NCBI GenBank assembly: GCA_029856125.1
Contig: JAHQWJ010000148.1
Coordinates: forward strand, 8,588 to 72,587
DNA: 64,000 nt
Reading direction: 5' to 3'
Source of the DNA: Promethearchaeia archaeon
GTDB taxonomy: Archaea > Asgardarchaeota > Lokiarchaeia > Sigyniarchaeales > SOKP01
Part shown: positions 18,913-28,425 of the stretch, piece by piece
Numbering within the stretch: the stretch's first letter is position 1
Layout of the letters: each line of letters opens with the position of its first letter
The notes under the pieces: model-generated
Told to the model about the DNA's origin: nothing
The model's input: only the letters and a program-made list of their open reading frames with translations
Databases searched by the model: none
Program-made: the position numbers and the translations under genes

Positions 18913-19947
18913 ATGGCAGCTGTGGAATACAAGGGCGAAAAATACGAAGTTAAAGACGGATTTTTAGACCTGGGCCTACTAGAAATTGAAGACATATCTG
19001 ATATTAAAGGATTAGATAAACTTGATATCAAACATTTAGAGCTGAGTTCCAACGAAATTATCGAAATACAAGGTTTAGAAGAGCTTCACAATTTAGAAAT
19101 TCTTAATTGTGGAAGTAATAACCTATCCAAGATATCTGGGTTGGAAGATTTAACAAATTTAGAAGTTCTACATCTAGCGTCTAATCAGATTACCGAAATT
19201 AAGGGACTTGATCAGTTATCTAATTTAAAAGAAATATATCTAAGAGCTAATCAAATAACTCACTTAAAAGGTTTAGATTCTTTAAAATCGCTTCAGAAAT
19301 TAGATTTGTCTTGGAATATGATTGAAAAAATCGAAGGATTCGATAGTTTGGAGAATTTAGAAGTTTTGTGGCTAGCAGGAAATCAGCTCACAACAATCCA
19401 AGGATTGGAAAAGTTGAAAAAATTAAAAGTTTTAAATTTAGCAGGAAACCAAATTTCTGAGATACAAGGACTTGATCATTTAAAAAATGTAAGTGAAATA
19501 TATCTTAACGATAATAAAATACAAGAAATCAAAGGTTTAGAGAATCTTACCGAATTAGACACGCTGTGGATAACAGCAAACCAAATTGAGAAAATCAACA
19601 ACCTTGATAAATGTAAAAACTTACAAGTTCTTAACTTGAAAGATAATAACATTGCTGAAATTAGTGGTTTATATCCGTTAACTAAATTAAATAAACTATT
19701 TTTATCTAGCAATATTATTTCGACGATTAAAGGATTAGAAACCCTCCAAAATTTAGAGACCTTAGATTTAGGGAATAATTATGTTAAAGCTATAAGAGGT
19801 TTAGAATCTTTAATGGTTTTGAAGGATTTGTGGCTTCAGGGAAATGAGATTGACGAAGAATTGCTAGCTCAATTAGGTGGATTGGATTCAGGTGGTTGTG
19901 CCTTAGAACCGTTAAAATTTGTGGAATATTGCCTTGTTAACTTATAG
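18913..19947 (+). CDS. Leucine-rich-repeat protein (SDS22-like 22-residue LRRs), LRR-only
   Basis: About 13 consecutive 'LxxLxxLxLxxNxIxxIxGLexL' units. I prefer the ATG at 18913 over the GTG at 18904. Confidence 0.8.
   Translation: MAAVEYKGEKYEVKDGFLDLGLLEIEDISDIKGLDKLDIKHLELSSNEIIEIQGLEELHNLEILNCGSNNLSKISGLEDLTNLEVLHLASNQITEIKGLDQLSNLKEIYLRANQITHLKGLDSLKSLQKLDLSWNMIEKIEGFDSLENLEVLWLAGNQLTTIQGLEKLKKLKVLNLAGNQISEIQGLDHLKNVSEIYLNDNKIQEIKGLENLTELDTLWITANQIEKINNLDKCKNLQVLNLKDNNIAEISGLYPLTKLNKLFLSSNIISTIKGLETLQNLETLDLGNNYVKAIRGLESLMVLKDLWLQGNEIDEELLAQLGGLDSGGCALEPLKFVEYCLVNL
19021..19860 (+). repeat. 66-nt periodic coding repeat (LRR units)
   Basis: The 'N.I..I.GL' core recurs every 22 codons. 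Confidence 0.7.
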
Positions 19948-19974
19948 ATAACTTGTTACAAAGAGAATTCGCCA

Positions 19975-20745
19975 TTATTCCAATATCTGATGAATATTAT
20001 CTTTTATTATTTGATAACTAGTTGATTTATCGGATATGTCGATTATTGGTTTACCTTCTAAATCAAATTCTGTTAAGATTTCATCCTCGGGAATCGAAGC
20101 AATCGCAGTTAGATCGTACTCTTTAAGCTTATCTGTGATTTTAGCAATATCTCCTTTAACTCTATTAATAATAACCCCGATTTTTCTGTAATTTGTAAAT
20201 TTTTTAGCACTTTGACTTATCGAATACGCCGTTTCTACGCTCCTAAGAGAAATATCTGTTACGATTATTACGTAATCTACAGATTTTATTACCATCCTAT
20301 TAATTTGTTCGAGACCGGCCTCACAATCAATCAATACGATATCAAAATCCTGTGAAATAGATTCAATAACTTTTCGTAGAAGAGCGTTGGAAGGGCAAAA
20401 GCAACCTGGCCCTTCAGGTTGACCAATTGAAAACAAGCTAAAATCTTTACTTTCCTTTATGGCGCTATAGACCTTAAAATCTATTGACTCTGCTATCGCT
20501 TGAATATTTTCCTTTTTACTAATTGTGTTATCAATTAGATCTGCTCTTATCTTTTCGAGACTTTCCTCCGGGACTAATTTAACCATTTTACTGAGGTGTG
20601 GATGGGTTGGATCCGCATCAATCAATAATAATTTAAACTTATAGGATGTAGAAATAGCTTTAGCAATAAGAGTAGTTATAATTGTTTTACCGACGCCTCC
20701 TTTTCCGGTGATAGCAATTATAAGCGGGGTTTTTTTCAGTTCCAT
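19975..20745 (-). CDS. CooC/AcsF-like MinD-family ATPase (putative metallocentre maturation factor)
   Basis: 256 aa with the deviant Walker A 'GKGGVGKT' and the CooC-type 'GPGCFCP' C-x-C motif. Confidence 0.7.
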   Translation of the reverse strand: MELKKTPLIIAITGKGGVGKTIITTLIAKAISTSYKFKLLLIDADPTHPHLSKMVKLVPEESLEKIRADLIDNTISKKENIQAIAESIDFKVYSAIKESKDFSLFSIGQPEGPGCFCPSNALLRKVIESISQDFDIVLIDCEAGLEQINRMVIKSVDYVIIVTDISLRSVETAYSISQSAKKFTNYRKIGVIINRVKGDIAKITDKLKEYDLTAIASIPEDEILTEFDLEGKPIIDISDKSTSYQIIKDNIHQILE

Positions 20746-20776
20746 TATTTGATTCCATCTATTCGCTATTTTTAAT

Positions 20777-21538
20777 TTAAATCTCTTCTCGAGAAACTAA
20801 CACTTGTTTGATTTTGAAGCATTCTTCTCTATACGGGCATATTTCACAGCCCCAATCGTAATCACAATCAATTCTTTTTTTCCATTCGTCTATTTTCTTT
20901 TTCCATTTTTCTTTTAACTTAGAATGGATATCTGCCGAATGCACAATAAATTGCTCAATAGAGTCTTGATAAGAATTAATGAAAATGATTTCTACTGATT
21001 TAATTAAACCTTTAAATTTTTGTTGATACAGAGAAATTATCGCATTTCCTAAGAATTCGAACGAAAAGCCTTTCTCTAGAGCTGAAGTATTAATTCTACA
21101 CCAAAACCTACGAGGAATTGTTCGAATTGAAAACCCTTCGATACCATTTGAGATGAAATTCAAATGTCTTAACTCATCGATTTCCTTATCAGTACCTTTA
21201 TTGATTCCAATTAATACCATCATTCCAAAATCTATGTTCGTCTCTCCTATCGCATTTATTTCTCTCCCTAATAATGTTATTTTTCCGTGCTCAACTAATC
21301 GAGCGTCGCTAATTGGAAATATAATTGAAAATGATTTTCTATTGACCCCACCAAGCTCTAAACCAGTTTCCTCTCCAAGGATTATTTCTTTGTGGCTATT
21401 TAATCCTACTTTTATGTTAGAATTATGAACTAAATTGATCTGGTTTGAGTCACATCGATAGGAAAATAAGGTTTTTCCACGATTCTGCTCTTGTTCTAAG
21501 AAATCTCTTATCTTTTCAAGAATAACTTTATTTTCCAT
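20777..21538 (-). CDS. Hypothetical protein with C-terminal Cys cluster; possibly related to part of acetyl-CoA synthase (CdhC/AcsB)
   Basis: 253 aa. 'GLELGGVNRKSF', 'IEGFSIRTIPRRFWCRINTSALEKGFSFEFLGNAI' and 'VEIIFIN' resemble, from memory only, CdhC/AcsB blocks. The C-terminus reads 'CDYDWGCEICPYREEC'. Confidence 0.4.
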   Translation of the reverse strand: MENKVILEKIRDFLEQEQNRGKTLFSYRCDSNQINLVHNSNIKVGLNSHKEIILGEETGLELGGVNRKSFSIIFPISDARLVEHGKITLLGREINAIGETNIDFGMMVLIGINKGTDKEIDELRHLNFISNGIEGFSIRTIPRRFWCRINTSALEKGFSFEFLGNAIISLYQQKFKGLIKSVEIIFINSYQDSIEQFIVHSADIHSKLKEKWKKKIDEWKKRIDCDYDWGCEICPYREECFKIKQVLVSREEI

Positions 21539-21741
21539 TAAAATTTTTACCTTATTCAGAATAGTCCAGTATAAAATTATAATAAAGGGGTATTAATCTT
21601 TATTTAGGTTTTAACCGTTTTTTAAGATTTCTATTACCAATTATGCTTTAAATTAGTACTGCCCAACAAGAAATAGTCTTTTATATTTGGAAGTAGAATA
21701 AAAATTAGAAAAAACAAAATTACTTGAAAAAATGAATAAAA

Positions 21742-22437
21742 ATGAATTTACATTCTAAAGAGGAGGAAGAGAAAGATCCAACATGTCACCAATGTGATAG
21801 TTTTAAATATTGTGTTAGGGGCAGAGCGAATAATAAGAAAGATAACTGCCCAATGAAGATTTCTCCGGAAATTGAGAAAGAAGCTCTTGAACTGTACGAA
21901 AAAGATGATTTCGTAAAAAGATCAACGGGCGTAGCTTCTATTGTAGAAGCTAAAGGATATATAAAATGGCCTAGATTAAAAGATACGGTTGAATACGCTA
22001 AAGGAATGGATTATAACAAATTAGGTTTAGCATTCTGTATAGGGTTACACGCTGAAGCAGAACAAATTGCTAAGATTTTAATTGATTATGGTTTTGAGGT
22101 CGCATCGGTTTGCTGTAAAACAGGTAGCGTTCCAAAAACAAAAGTAGGCGTCCCTGAAGAATACACAATGTTTTCTAAGACGGGATATCCTATCGGAACG
22201 ATTACTTGTAATCCTGCAGCCCAAGCATTGTTGTTTAATAAGGCTAAAACAGATCTGAATATCATAATCGGTTTATGCGTTGGACACGACATAACTTTTA
22301 CTCATTTATCGAACGCACCAGTTACCACGTTAATCGCAAAGGACAGATCCTCACCTCATAATCCAGCAGCGTGTTTACTCAATCACTATGGAAAAACGTT
22401 CTTCTCAATGGATCTTAGTGAGATGAAACGAAAATAA
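21742..22437 (+). CDS. DUF1847-like Cys-rich metal-binding protein
   Basis: 231 aa with N-terminal 'CHQCDSFKYC...CP', then 'LGLAFCIGL' and 'GLCVGHD'. Confidence 0.5.
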   Translation: MNLHSKEEEEKDPTCHQCDSFKYCVRGRANNKKDNCPMKISPEIEKEALELYEKDDFVKRSTGVASIVEAKGYIKWPRLKDTVEYAKGMDYNKLGLAFCIGLHAEAEQIAKILIDYGFEVASVCCKTGSVPKTKVGVPEEYTMFSKTGYPIGTITCNPAAQALLFNKAKTDLNIIIGLCVGHDITFTHLSNAPVTTLIAKDRSSPHNPAACLLNHYGKTFFSMDLSEMKRK

Positions 22438-22764
22438 TTTGAAAAAAAGAAGCAAATAGGATAATTGTAGGTAAAACTATTAAAACGATACCTAAGGTCT
22501 ATTTTATTTCTATTTTTTTAAATTTGGTACTTTTATAATAATTTCCAATTTTATTTCGAATAAATTTAAATAGTATATATGAGATAATAGATCGGAGAAC
22601 TAATTCGAATAATTATTCAGCTCGAAAATTAATCGTAAAATTCGTATATTGGAATCCCTTTAGGAGCAAAATAGAGTAAGGTCAAAAAATTTGTTCGAGA
22701 ATATCAGATAGATTCGAATTAGGGCTTAACTTCATAATTAGGAAATTTGAGAGAGTATGGATTA

Positions 22765-23721
22765 ATGATTGCTTTAATCATAGCTATTTTCATTCTTATA
22801 GGGGGGATTGTTCTTGTAATCTTTTCAAGTAAATACGCTGTAAAACACTCGGCAATGCTTGCCGTAGCTTTAGGAATATCGCCACTAATAATCGGAGTAA
22901 CGTTAGTTTCCATAGGTACGGATATTTCTGAAATATTTAATTCGATTATTTCTTGTTCTTTAGGTCACGGAGATATTGACGTAGGAGATTCTGTTGGCTC
23001 AGACCTTACCCAACTCACGTTAGTCTTCGGACTTTTGCCAATAGTTTGCGGCGCGTTTCATATTCATAGAAGAGACATAATAATTCTAGGTTCTTGTGAA
23101 GTTTTATCGCTTATTGTGATATTTTCAATTGTGGAGAAAGGATATATCACGAGGCTAAACGCAATTTTTATGGTTTTCAGTCTAACTATTTATATTTGGC
23201 TGATTTACAGTACGAATAAAGATAGCGTTCAACATAGAATAGAACATCTAGACATAGCGCAACCAACTAAGAAAAAAAGATACCATCTCCTAATTGCCGT
23301 AATTGGCTTCGGTGGCGTGACTATTAGCGCATTTGCTATTGTACAATCCGTAATTTTCATATCACAAGCTATAAACATCCACGAATATATTATTAGTTTC
23401 TTCATCCTTGCTATCGGCACATCCCTTCCAGAGCTTGTAGTTGATATTCACGCTCTCCGAGCTGGTCACCATGGTATAGCTATTGGGGATATTGTTGGTT
23501 CTTGTATTGTTGATTCTACGCTATCTATTGGCATCGGTCAGGTCTTCTTCCCTCAAGCTGTCACAGCAGAATTAGCAGTTCCAACAGTGTTATATACGCT
23601 TATTGTTAGCATAATTGTTATTATTACCGTAGCAGTAAGACAGAAAATAGACAAAAAAGCGGGAGTTTTCTTTATTATACTTTATTTTAGTTCTTACTTT
23701 ATGCTTTTCACTATAATTTAA
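22765..23721 (+). CDS. Ca2+/cation antiporter (CaCA, YrbG-like) family membrane protein
   Basis: Two alpha-repeats: 'SIGTDISEIFNS' and the canonical 'AIGTSLPELVVD'. About 10 hydrophobic helices. I prefer the ATG at 22765 over the TTG at 22747. Confidence 0.7.
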   Translation: MIALIIAIFILIGGIVLVIFSSKYAVKHSAMLAVALGISPLIIGVTLVSIGTDISEIFNSIISCSLGHGDIDVGDSVGSDLTQLTLVFGLLPIVCGAFHIHRRDIIILGSCEVLSLIVIFSIVEKGYITRLNAIFMVFSLTIYIWLIYSTNKDSVQHRIEHLDIAQPTKKKRYHLLIAVIGFGGVTISAFAIVQSVIFISQAINIHEYIISFFILAIGTSLPELVVDIHALRAGHHGIAIGDIVGSCIVDSTLSIGIGQVFFPQAVTAELAVPTVLYTLIVSIIVIITVAVRQKIDKKAGVFFIILYFSSYFMLFTII

Positions 23722-23981
23722 TCAATATTGAATTTTAGATTAACTGAATTATTTTCAAAATTCATTCAATTATTTTTTAAATTAGTTCTAACGATAAAAA
23801 GAAGATTTAATCCAAATCTTATAAATAACAAGATCTATTTATAGTTTTCAGCCTCATTCTTCTAGAAAAAGAAAACTAGATTAGGAATTATTCCAAAGGC
23901 AAAAAATCTTTATATACAATAAGAAACAATCGTTTACATAATAAATTTTTAAATTTATAAAAAAAAACATGATACTGAATT

Positions 23982-25427
23982 ATGAATGAAACAATTGCTT
24001 TTACTGAAACTGAAGTAACAAGACATTCAAAAAAGACATTCCTTTCTAATGCTTCCAGTCTCCTTTGCTCTACTTTAATCGGTTCTATTCAAGGATTTAC
24101 ACTTGTCTATTATGAAACTGTTATTGGATTAAATGTGTGGTTAGTCTTTGTCGCCATGAGTATCTTTCTAGTATATAACGGAATTAACGACCCTATTTTT
24201 GGTTTTTTAATCGATCGGAATTTGAGATTTACGAGAAAATGGGGAAGACGATTTCCATGGATCGCCATAGGCATCATCCCTTGGGCCTTTTCTGTTTTCC
24301 TTCACTTCTCAGCCCCAATTATCGCTACTCCTGCTAATCCTTGGCCTGCTTTTTGGTGGTTATTATTAACATTAGTTTTACTCGACACCTTTGGCACCAT
24401 TGTGAATATTAATTACAAGGCACTTCAAATGGAAAAATTTCGGACGGAGTACGAGCGTAGAAGATTCACAAAATATTATGTACCTCTCGACATTGCAGCA
24501 ATGGTCCTCGGGATGTTATTACCTACCCTTTTCCTTGATAACGAGGCACCAAAAGCCATTCAATTAGCCAATTATTCTTTAATGGGAATAGTCGTCGCCA
24601 TAGTAGCTCTTCTTTTTGGTATTTTGTCTCTTTATGGTAACCGTGAGGATAAAATAATGATTGATCGGCATTTTTCACCCGAGTCTGTGAAGCGAATGAA
24701 TTTTTTTAAAGCCTTCAAAGAAGCTGTAAAATCGAAAACTTTCATGGTATATTTTATCTTTGGAACGTGTCTTGGAATTCAAATAAGCCTTGTAGTAGTA
24801 AATGTGTATTATCTAACGACTTATGTGTTAAATGCTGGTACCTTAACATATTTTCTTGTTTTAGGTTTATATCTCATAGGTACCTTGGTATCTATTCCTA
24901 TCTGGCTCAGGTATATCAAGAAAATAAATAATAACAAGAAGGCGCTAGTGGTTGCGGGTCTCGCATCGTGTGCTGCGTTATTTCCATTAACATTCTTTTA
25001 TGGACCTACTGATTTAATGATCATGGCATTCATTCTCGGACTCGCCCAAGGAGGCTTAAACTCATACGTATATACTATTATCGGTCCGAGCGTGACTGAG
25101 GATGTGATTGTTAAGATGGGGAGAAATCAAAAAGGAGTTCTCTTCGGGATTTCTGCGTTGCTTGGACGGCTTGTAGCATCTATTGACGAGTTAATTATTG
25201 CTGTCATTCATGATATTTCAGGATTCCTTCCCGGATATCCTTCTTATAAAGAATTGGCTGCCGTGGTTTTTGACATGACCCGTATTCAAATAGGAATCCG
25301 CCTTCTTCAGGGAGTCATTCCAGCGTATATTTTGCTCATAGGAATTCTGATTATCTGGTTGTATTTCCCTCTAACTCAAGAAAAGATATTAAGTAATAAA
25401 GCTAAGATGGAAGAACTCGGATTTTAA
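23982..25427 (+). CDS. Glycoside-pentoside-hexuronide (GPH):cation symporter-family MFS transporter
   Basis: 481 aa, about 12 helices, with a GPH-type loop 'NDPIFGFLIDR......WGRRFPW'. Confidence 0.7.
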   Translation: MNETIAFTETEVTRHSKKTFLSNASSLLCSTLIGSIQGFTLVYYETVIGLNVWLVFVAMSIFLVYNGINDPIFGFLIDRNLRFTRKWGRRFPWIAIGIIPWAFSVFLHFSAPIIATPANPWPAFWWLLLTLVLLDTFGTIVNINYKALQMEKFRTEYERRRFTKYYVPLDIAAMVLGMLLPTLFLDNEAPKAIQLANYSLMGIVVAIVALLFGILSLYGNREDKIMIDRHFSPESVKRMNFFKAFKEAVKSKTFMVYFIFGTCLGIQISLVVVNVYYLTTYVLNAGTLTYFLVLGLYLIGTLVSIPIWLRYIKKINNNKKALVVAGLASCAALFPLTFFYGPTDLMIMAFILGLAQGGLNSYVYTIIGPSVTEDVIVKMGRNQKGVLFGISALLGRLVASIDELIIAVIHDISGFLPGYPSYKELAAVVFDMTRIQIGIRLLQGVIPAYILLIGILIIWLYFPLTQEKILSNKAKMEELGF

Positions 25428-25440
25428 TAATTTAAAACTA

Positions 25441-25452
25441 TTTTTTTTTTTT
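25441..25452 (+). terminator. Oligo-T tract (12 T), candidate terminator
   Basis: The run begins 14 nt after the stop at 25427. Confidence 0.4.
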
Positions 25453-25551
25453 AATTTAAAAACTACATAATATTACAATAGAAGTAAAAAGAAAGCTCAA
25501 TTTTGTAAGAGTCTTACATTAAAAAGATTGTGAAGAATTTAAATGGATTAA

Positions 25552-26901
25552 GTGATTTGTATAACGAGTGAAGAAAACAAGCAAAAACATGGTAGAATCC
25601 AAGTGAGAAGAATTGGAAAACGAAATATTTTGTCTATTCTCTTCTTAGGAACCGCAGGACAAATAGCCTGGGTTGTTGAAAATAGCTGGTTTAATACATT
25701 TGTCTTCGATCGGATTACTACCGATCCAACACCCGTTGCGTTGATGGTAGCAGTAAGTGCTATAACTGCTACAATTACCACAATTATAATGGGTATTCTT
25801 AGCGATCGAACTTCTGGGAAATGGGGTAAAAGAAAACCATTCATTGTCTTTGGATATATTCTTTGGGGTATAATAACTGCAATCTATCCTATGGTCGAAT
25901 GGATTCAAACGATTGGGGTTGCTATTTTAATAGTAATCATAACCGATGCAGTCATGACCTTTTTTGGCTCAACCGCAAACGATGCTGCATACAATGCTTG
26001 GTTAACTGATATAGGACATTCGAGTAATCGTAATCGAATACAAAGTATTAATAATATAACTGTATATGTTGCAGCCATATCTTCACTTGTTCTAGCGGGA
26101 GTGATTATTGATATCTTCGGGTATTTCGTGTTTTTCTATATTTTAGGTGGAGTAGTAACTATTGCTGGTTTGATTGCTACGTTTTTAATTGAATCCACTC
26201 CAATAAAAAAAGAAGATATTAAATTTGAAAAATCTTTTCTTAAAGAATTTGCAGATCTCATAAATCCGAAAATTCTGAAAGAAAATCGGACTCTTTTTTT
26301 GCTGTTTCTTAGCATGGCTTTAGGAAGTATAGGAGCGAATGTCTACGGACCATACCTCTTTATATTCATGGAACATTACATTGGTTTCTCAAAAACGGAA
26401 CTAAGTATTTTTGGGGCGCTTTTCTTGCTTCTCACAGTAGTTATATTAGTTATTGCAGGGATCTATAGTCATCGAGTTAATCGCAAGACTTTAGTCATAA
26501 TTGGCTCAATCTTGGGGGCAATGCTAACGATTTTATTAGGGTTAACATCATTATTAGTTGGAGGAAATAGTTCTCTAGCAGTATTGACATTCCTCCTTTA
26601 TTTTGTGGCAACTATACCATCATTACTTTCTTCAGTTGCGTTTGGAGGGTGGCTTTTTGATAATTATCCTGAAGGAAATATTGGAAAATTTCAAGGTATC
26701 CGCATGATTTTCATGGTACTGATACCTATGGTGTTAGGACCTCCGATTGGATCGGCTATTATCAGCACATTCGGAATCCCTATAGCTGATGGATACATTC
26801 CTACACCCGAGATATTCATTTTTGGAGGACTAATTTCCTTGTTGTCAGTGATTCCAATATTTTTTATTAGTAAATCTGAAGGACAAATAAACCTTGATTA
26901 G
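25552..26901 (+). CDS. MFS/GPH-like transporter
   Basis: 449 aa, multi-helix, with 'GILSDRTSGKWGKRKPF'. The start codon is uncertain (GTG at 25552 or an internal GTG). Confidence 0.65.
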   Translation: MICITSEENKQKHGRIQVRRIGKRNILSILFLGTAGQIAWVVENSWFNTFVFDRITTDPTPVALMVAVSAITATITTIIMGILSDRTSGKWGKRKPFIVFGYILWGIITAIYPMVEWIQTIGVAILIVIITDAVMTFFGSTANDAAYNAWLTDIGHSSNRNRIQSINNITVYVAAISSLVLAGVIIDIFGYFVFFYILGGVVTIAGLIATFLIESTPIKKEDIKFEKSFLKEFADLINPKILKENRTLFLLFLSMALGSIGANVYGPYLFIFMEHYIGFSKTELSIFGALFLLLTVVILVIAGIYSHRVNRKTLVIIGSILGAMLTILLGLTSLLVGGNSSLAVLTFLLYFVATIPSLLSSVAFGGWLFDNYPEGNIGKFQGIRMIFMVLIPMVLGPPIGSAIISTFGIPIADGYIPTPEIFIFGGLISLLSVIPIFFISKSEGQINLD

Positions 26902-27100
26902 TTTTGGTGATTTATCAACACTTAAAAAAATTAAATCGTCATCTTATCTATTTATTTAGATTACGATTGATTCTTACTACCATCTCGCCCTTACCACGAT
27001 GGGCCCATGCGTAATAAGATATCGCTACAATATCTTTTTCAATTTGTTTCTTTTTGATTTCTTAAGATGTCATATTAAAAAAAAATTGAATCGACCTAAG

Positions 27101-27168
27101 AAGTAAATTTTTAACACTTCGAACCATATAATTTATTAATTTTTATTAGATATTAGCAAGGTAAAATT
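27101..27168 (+). promoter_or_regulatory. Conserved upstream region shared with the paralog at 29767-29834 (contains TATA-like 'AAATTTTTAA')
   Basis: By hand alignment, 39 of the first 49 positions are identical to 29767-29815. Confidence 0.35.
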
Positions 27169-28425
27169 ATGGGTAATAAAGAAGAAAATGAATCATCGTC
27201 CAAGAAGATTTTGAAAGAAACAAAAGAAAATGGCGAAATAGCCATGCGAGAGAAGGAAGCTAAAGTTAGAGGGCTTTACGTGAAGATGTTGGAAGATGCC
27301 GCGAAGTATGCAGTGCAGTATGAGTTCTACGCAGAGGACATGAAGGATTTCCACGAAGTAGTGCAATGGAAGTTCGGTCCTATCAGAGGATATCAAGTAT
27401 TCGACGAAACAGAGTATTCATTCAAAATCGACGAAGAGGCTGAAGATCCGACCTTAATACTGGGGTGCAAGGATCTTGATCTGGCCTACCAGTTCCTCAA
27501 CGACGAAATCAGTCATTGGCCGGCCCTTCTGGGGACTAAGTTCTTGGTTGGCACAAAGGGCCCCGACGGGACTTATAAGGAAAAGAGAATTGGAAAGTTA
27601 ACTGGTTTTGCCCCCGGCAATGCCCCTAGGTTGAGTACCGCAAAAGAGAATGCCCCCCCCGAGCAAAAAAGATTGTCTTCTCGTCTGTTGAGAATACCCG
27701 TGTTTCGGCCGATCATGGAGCGAACCACAGATCCCGAGAACTCGAACGACGTTCGCATTCCAATCAATGAGTCCTTGGGTACATATGAGAACCAGTCGAT
27801 ACCGCTCGCAGTTCTCGAATACTTCATAAACAAGGCAAGTGACGTCTATATCTTCAATATGTGCCCGTGTCGCTCGCTCGCCAATTGCGAGAATTATGAC
27901 CATTCCATCGGATGCATGGCCCTGGGTAAGGGGGCCCTGAGGATGAATACCTTTGGAAGGATCGGTACCAAAGAAGAGGCATTGGAACGATCGCGACGTG
28001 CTGTTGCTGCTGGTCTCCTGCCTTCTCTGGGGAGAGTCAAATCCGATACGATCGTCTATAGGGCTTTGCCTGAACAGGGCGATCTGATGCATATTTGCTT
28101 CTGTTGCCCCTGTTGCTGTGTCGAGGGCTCTGGAAAGGACTCGCCAAGGTATCTAAGGCTGTGGCATCAGAAGATGGAGGGTGTGTCCGTCACGGTCAAT
28201 GAGGATCTCTGTAATGGATGCGAGCTATGCCTCGAGGTGTGCATATACGGTGGAATGGAGGTCATCGACCACATAGCCGTGATTGACCGGGAGGGCAAGG
28301 ATCACTGCAGAGGCTGCGGAAGGTGCGAGAGGGTATGCCCCACTGGAGCGATAACCATCACCATCGAGGATGATGGTGTGGAGAGGATGATTGCTCGCAT
28401 AGAGTCCTCCGTCGACGTCAGCTAG
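27169..28425 (+). CDS. Cys-rich Fe-S protein ('CPCR', 'CFCCPCCC', C-terminal 2x[4Fe-4S] ferredoxin domain); G+C-rich mosaic copy
   Basis: 418 aa, co-linear with 29835-31007. Motifs: 'CNGCELCLEVC' and 'CRGCGRCERVCP'. The gene body is markedly richer in G+C than the rest of the window. Confidence 0.7.
   Translation: MGNKEENESSSKKILKETKENGEIAMREKEAKVRGLYVKMLEDAAKYAVQYEFYAEDMKDFHEVVQWKFGPIRGYQVFDETEYSFKIDEEAEDPTLILGCKDLDLAYQFLNDEISHWPALLGTKFLVGTKGPDGTYKEKRIGKLTGFAPGNAPRLSTAKENAPPEQKRLSSRLLRIPVFRPIMERTTDPENSNDVRIPINESLGTYENQSIPLAVLEYFINKASDVYIFNMCPCRSLANCENYDHSIGCMALGKGALRMNTFGRIGTKEEALERSRRAVAAGLLPSLGRVKSDTIVYRALPEQGDLMHICFCCPCCCVEGSGKDSPRYLRLWHQKMEGVSVTVNEDLCNGCELCLEVCIYGGMEVIDHIAVIDREGKDHCRGCGRCERVCPTGAITITIEDDGVERMIARIESSVDVS

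Noticed and set aside
19021-19860. Regular 66-nt periodicity as a CRISPR array or satellite
   Set aside because: The repeats are imperfect, contiguous without spacers, and lie in one long ORF that translates into canonical leucine-rich repeats.
26981-27012. Small G+C-rich patch ('CATCTCGCCCTTACCACGATGGGCCCATGCG') as a tRNA fragment or att site
   Set aside because: I could not fold a cloverleaf arm or T-loop consensus, and found no matching direct repeat at the other side of the island. It is kept only as a note under the G+C-island finding.
27573-28092. Long antisense ORFs (164 aa and 86 aa) inside the G+C-rich gene
   Set aside because: They overlap a well-supported sense gene with clear Fe-S motifs. 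G+C-rich DNA has few stop codons in any frame, and the translations are low-complexity with no motifs.
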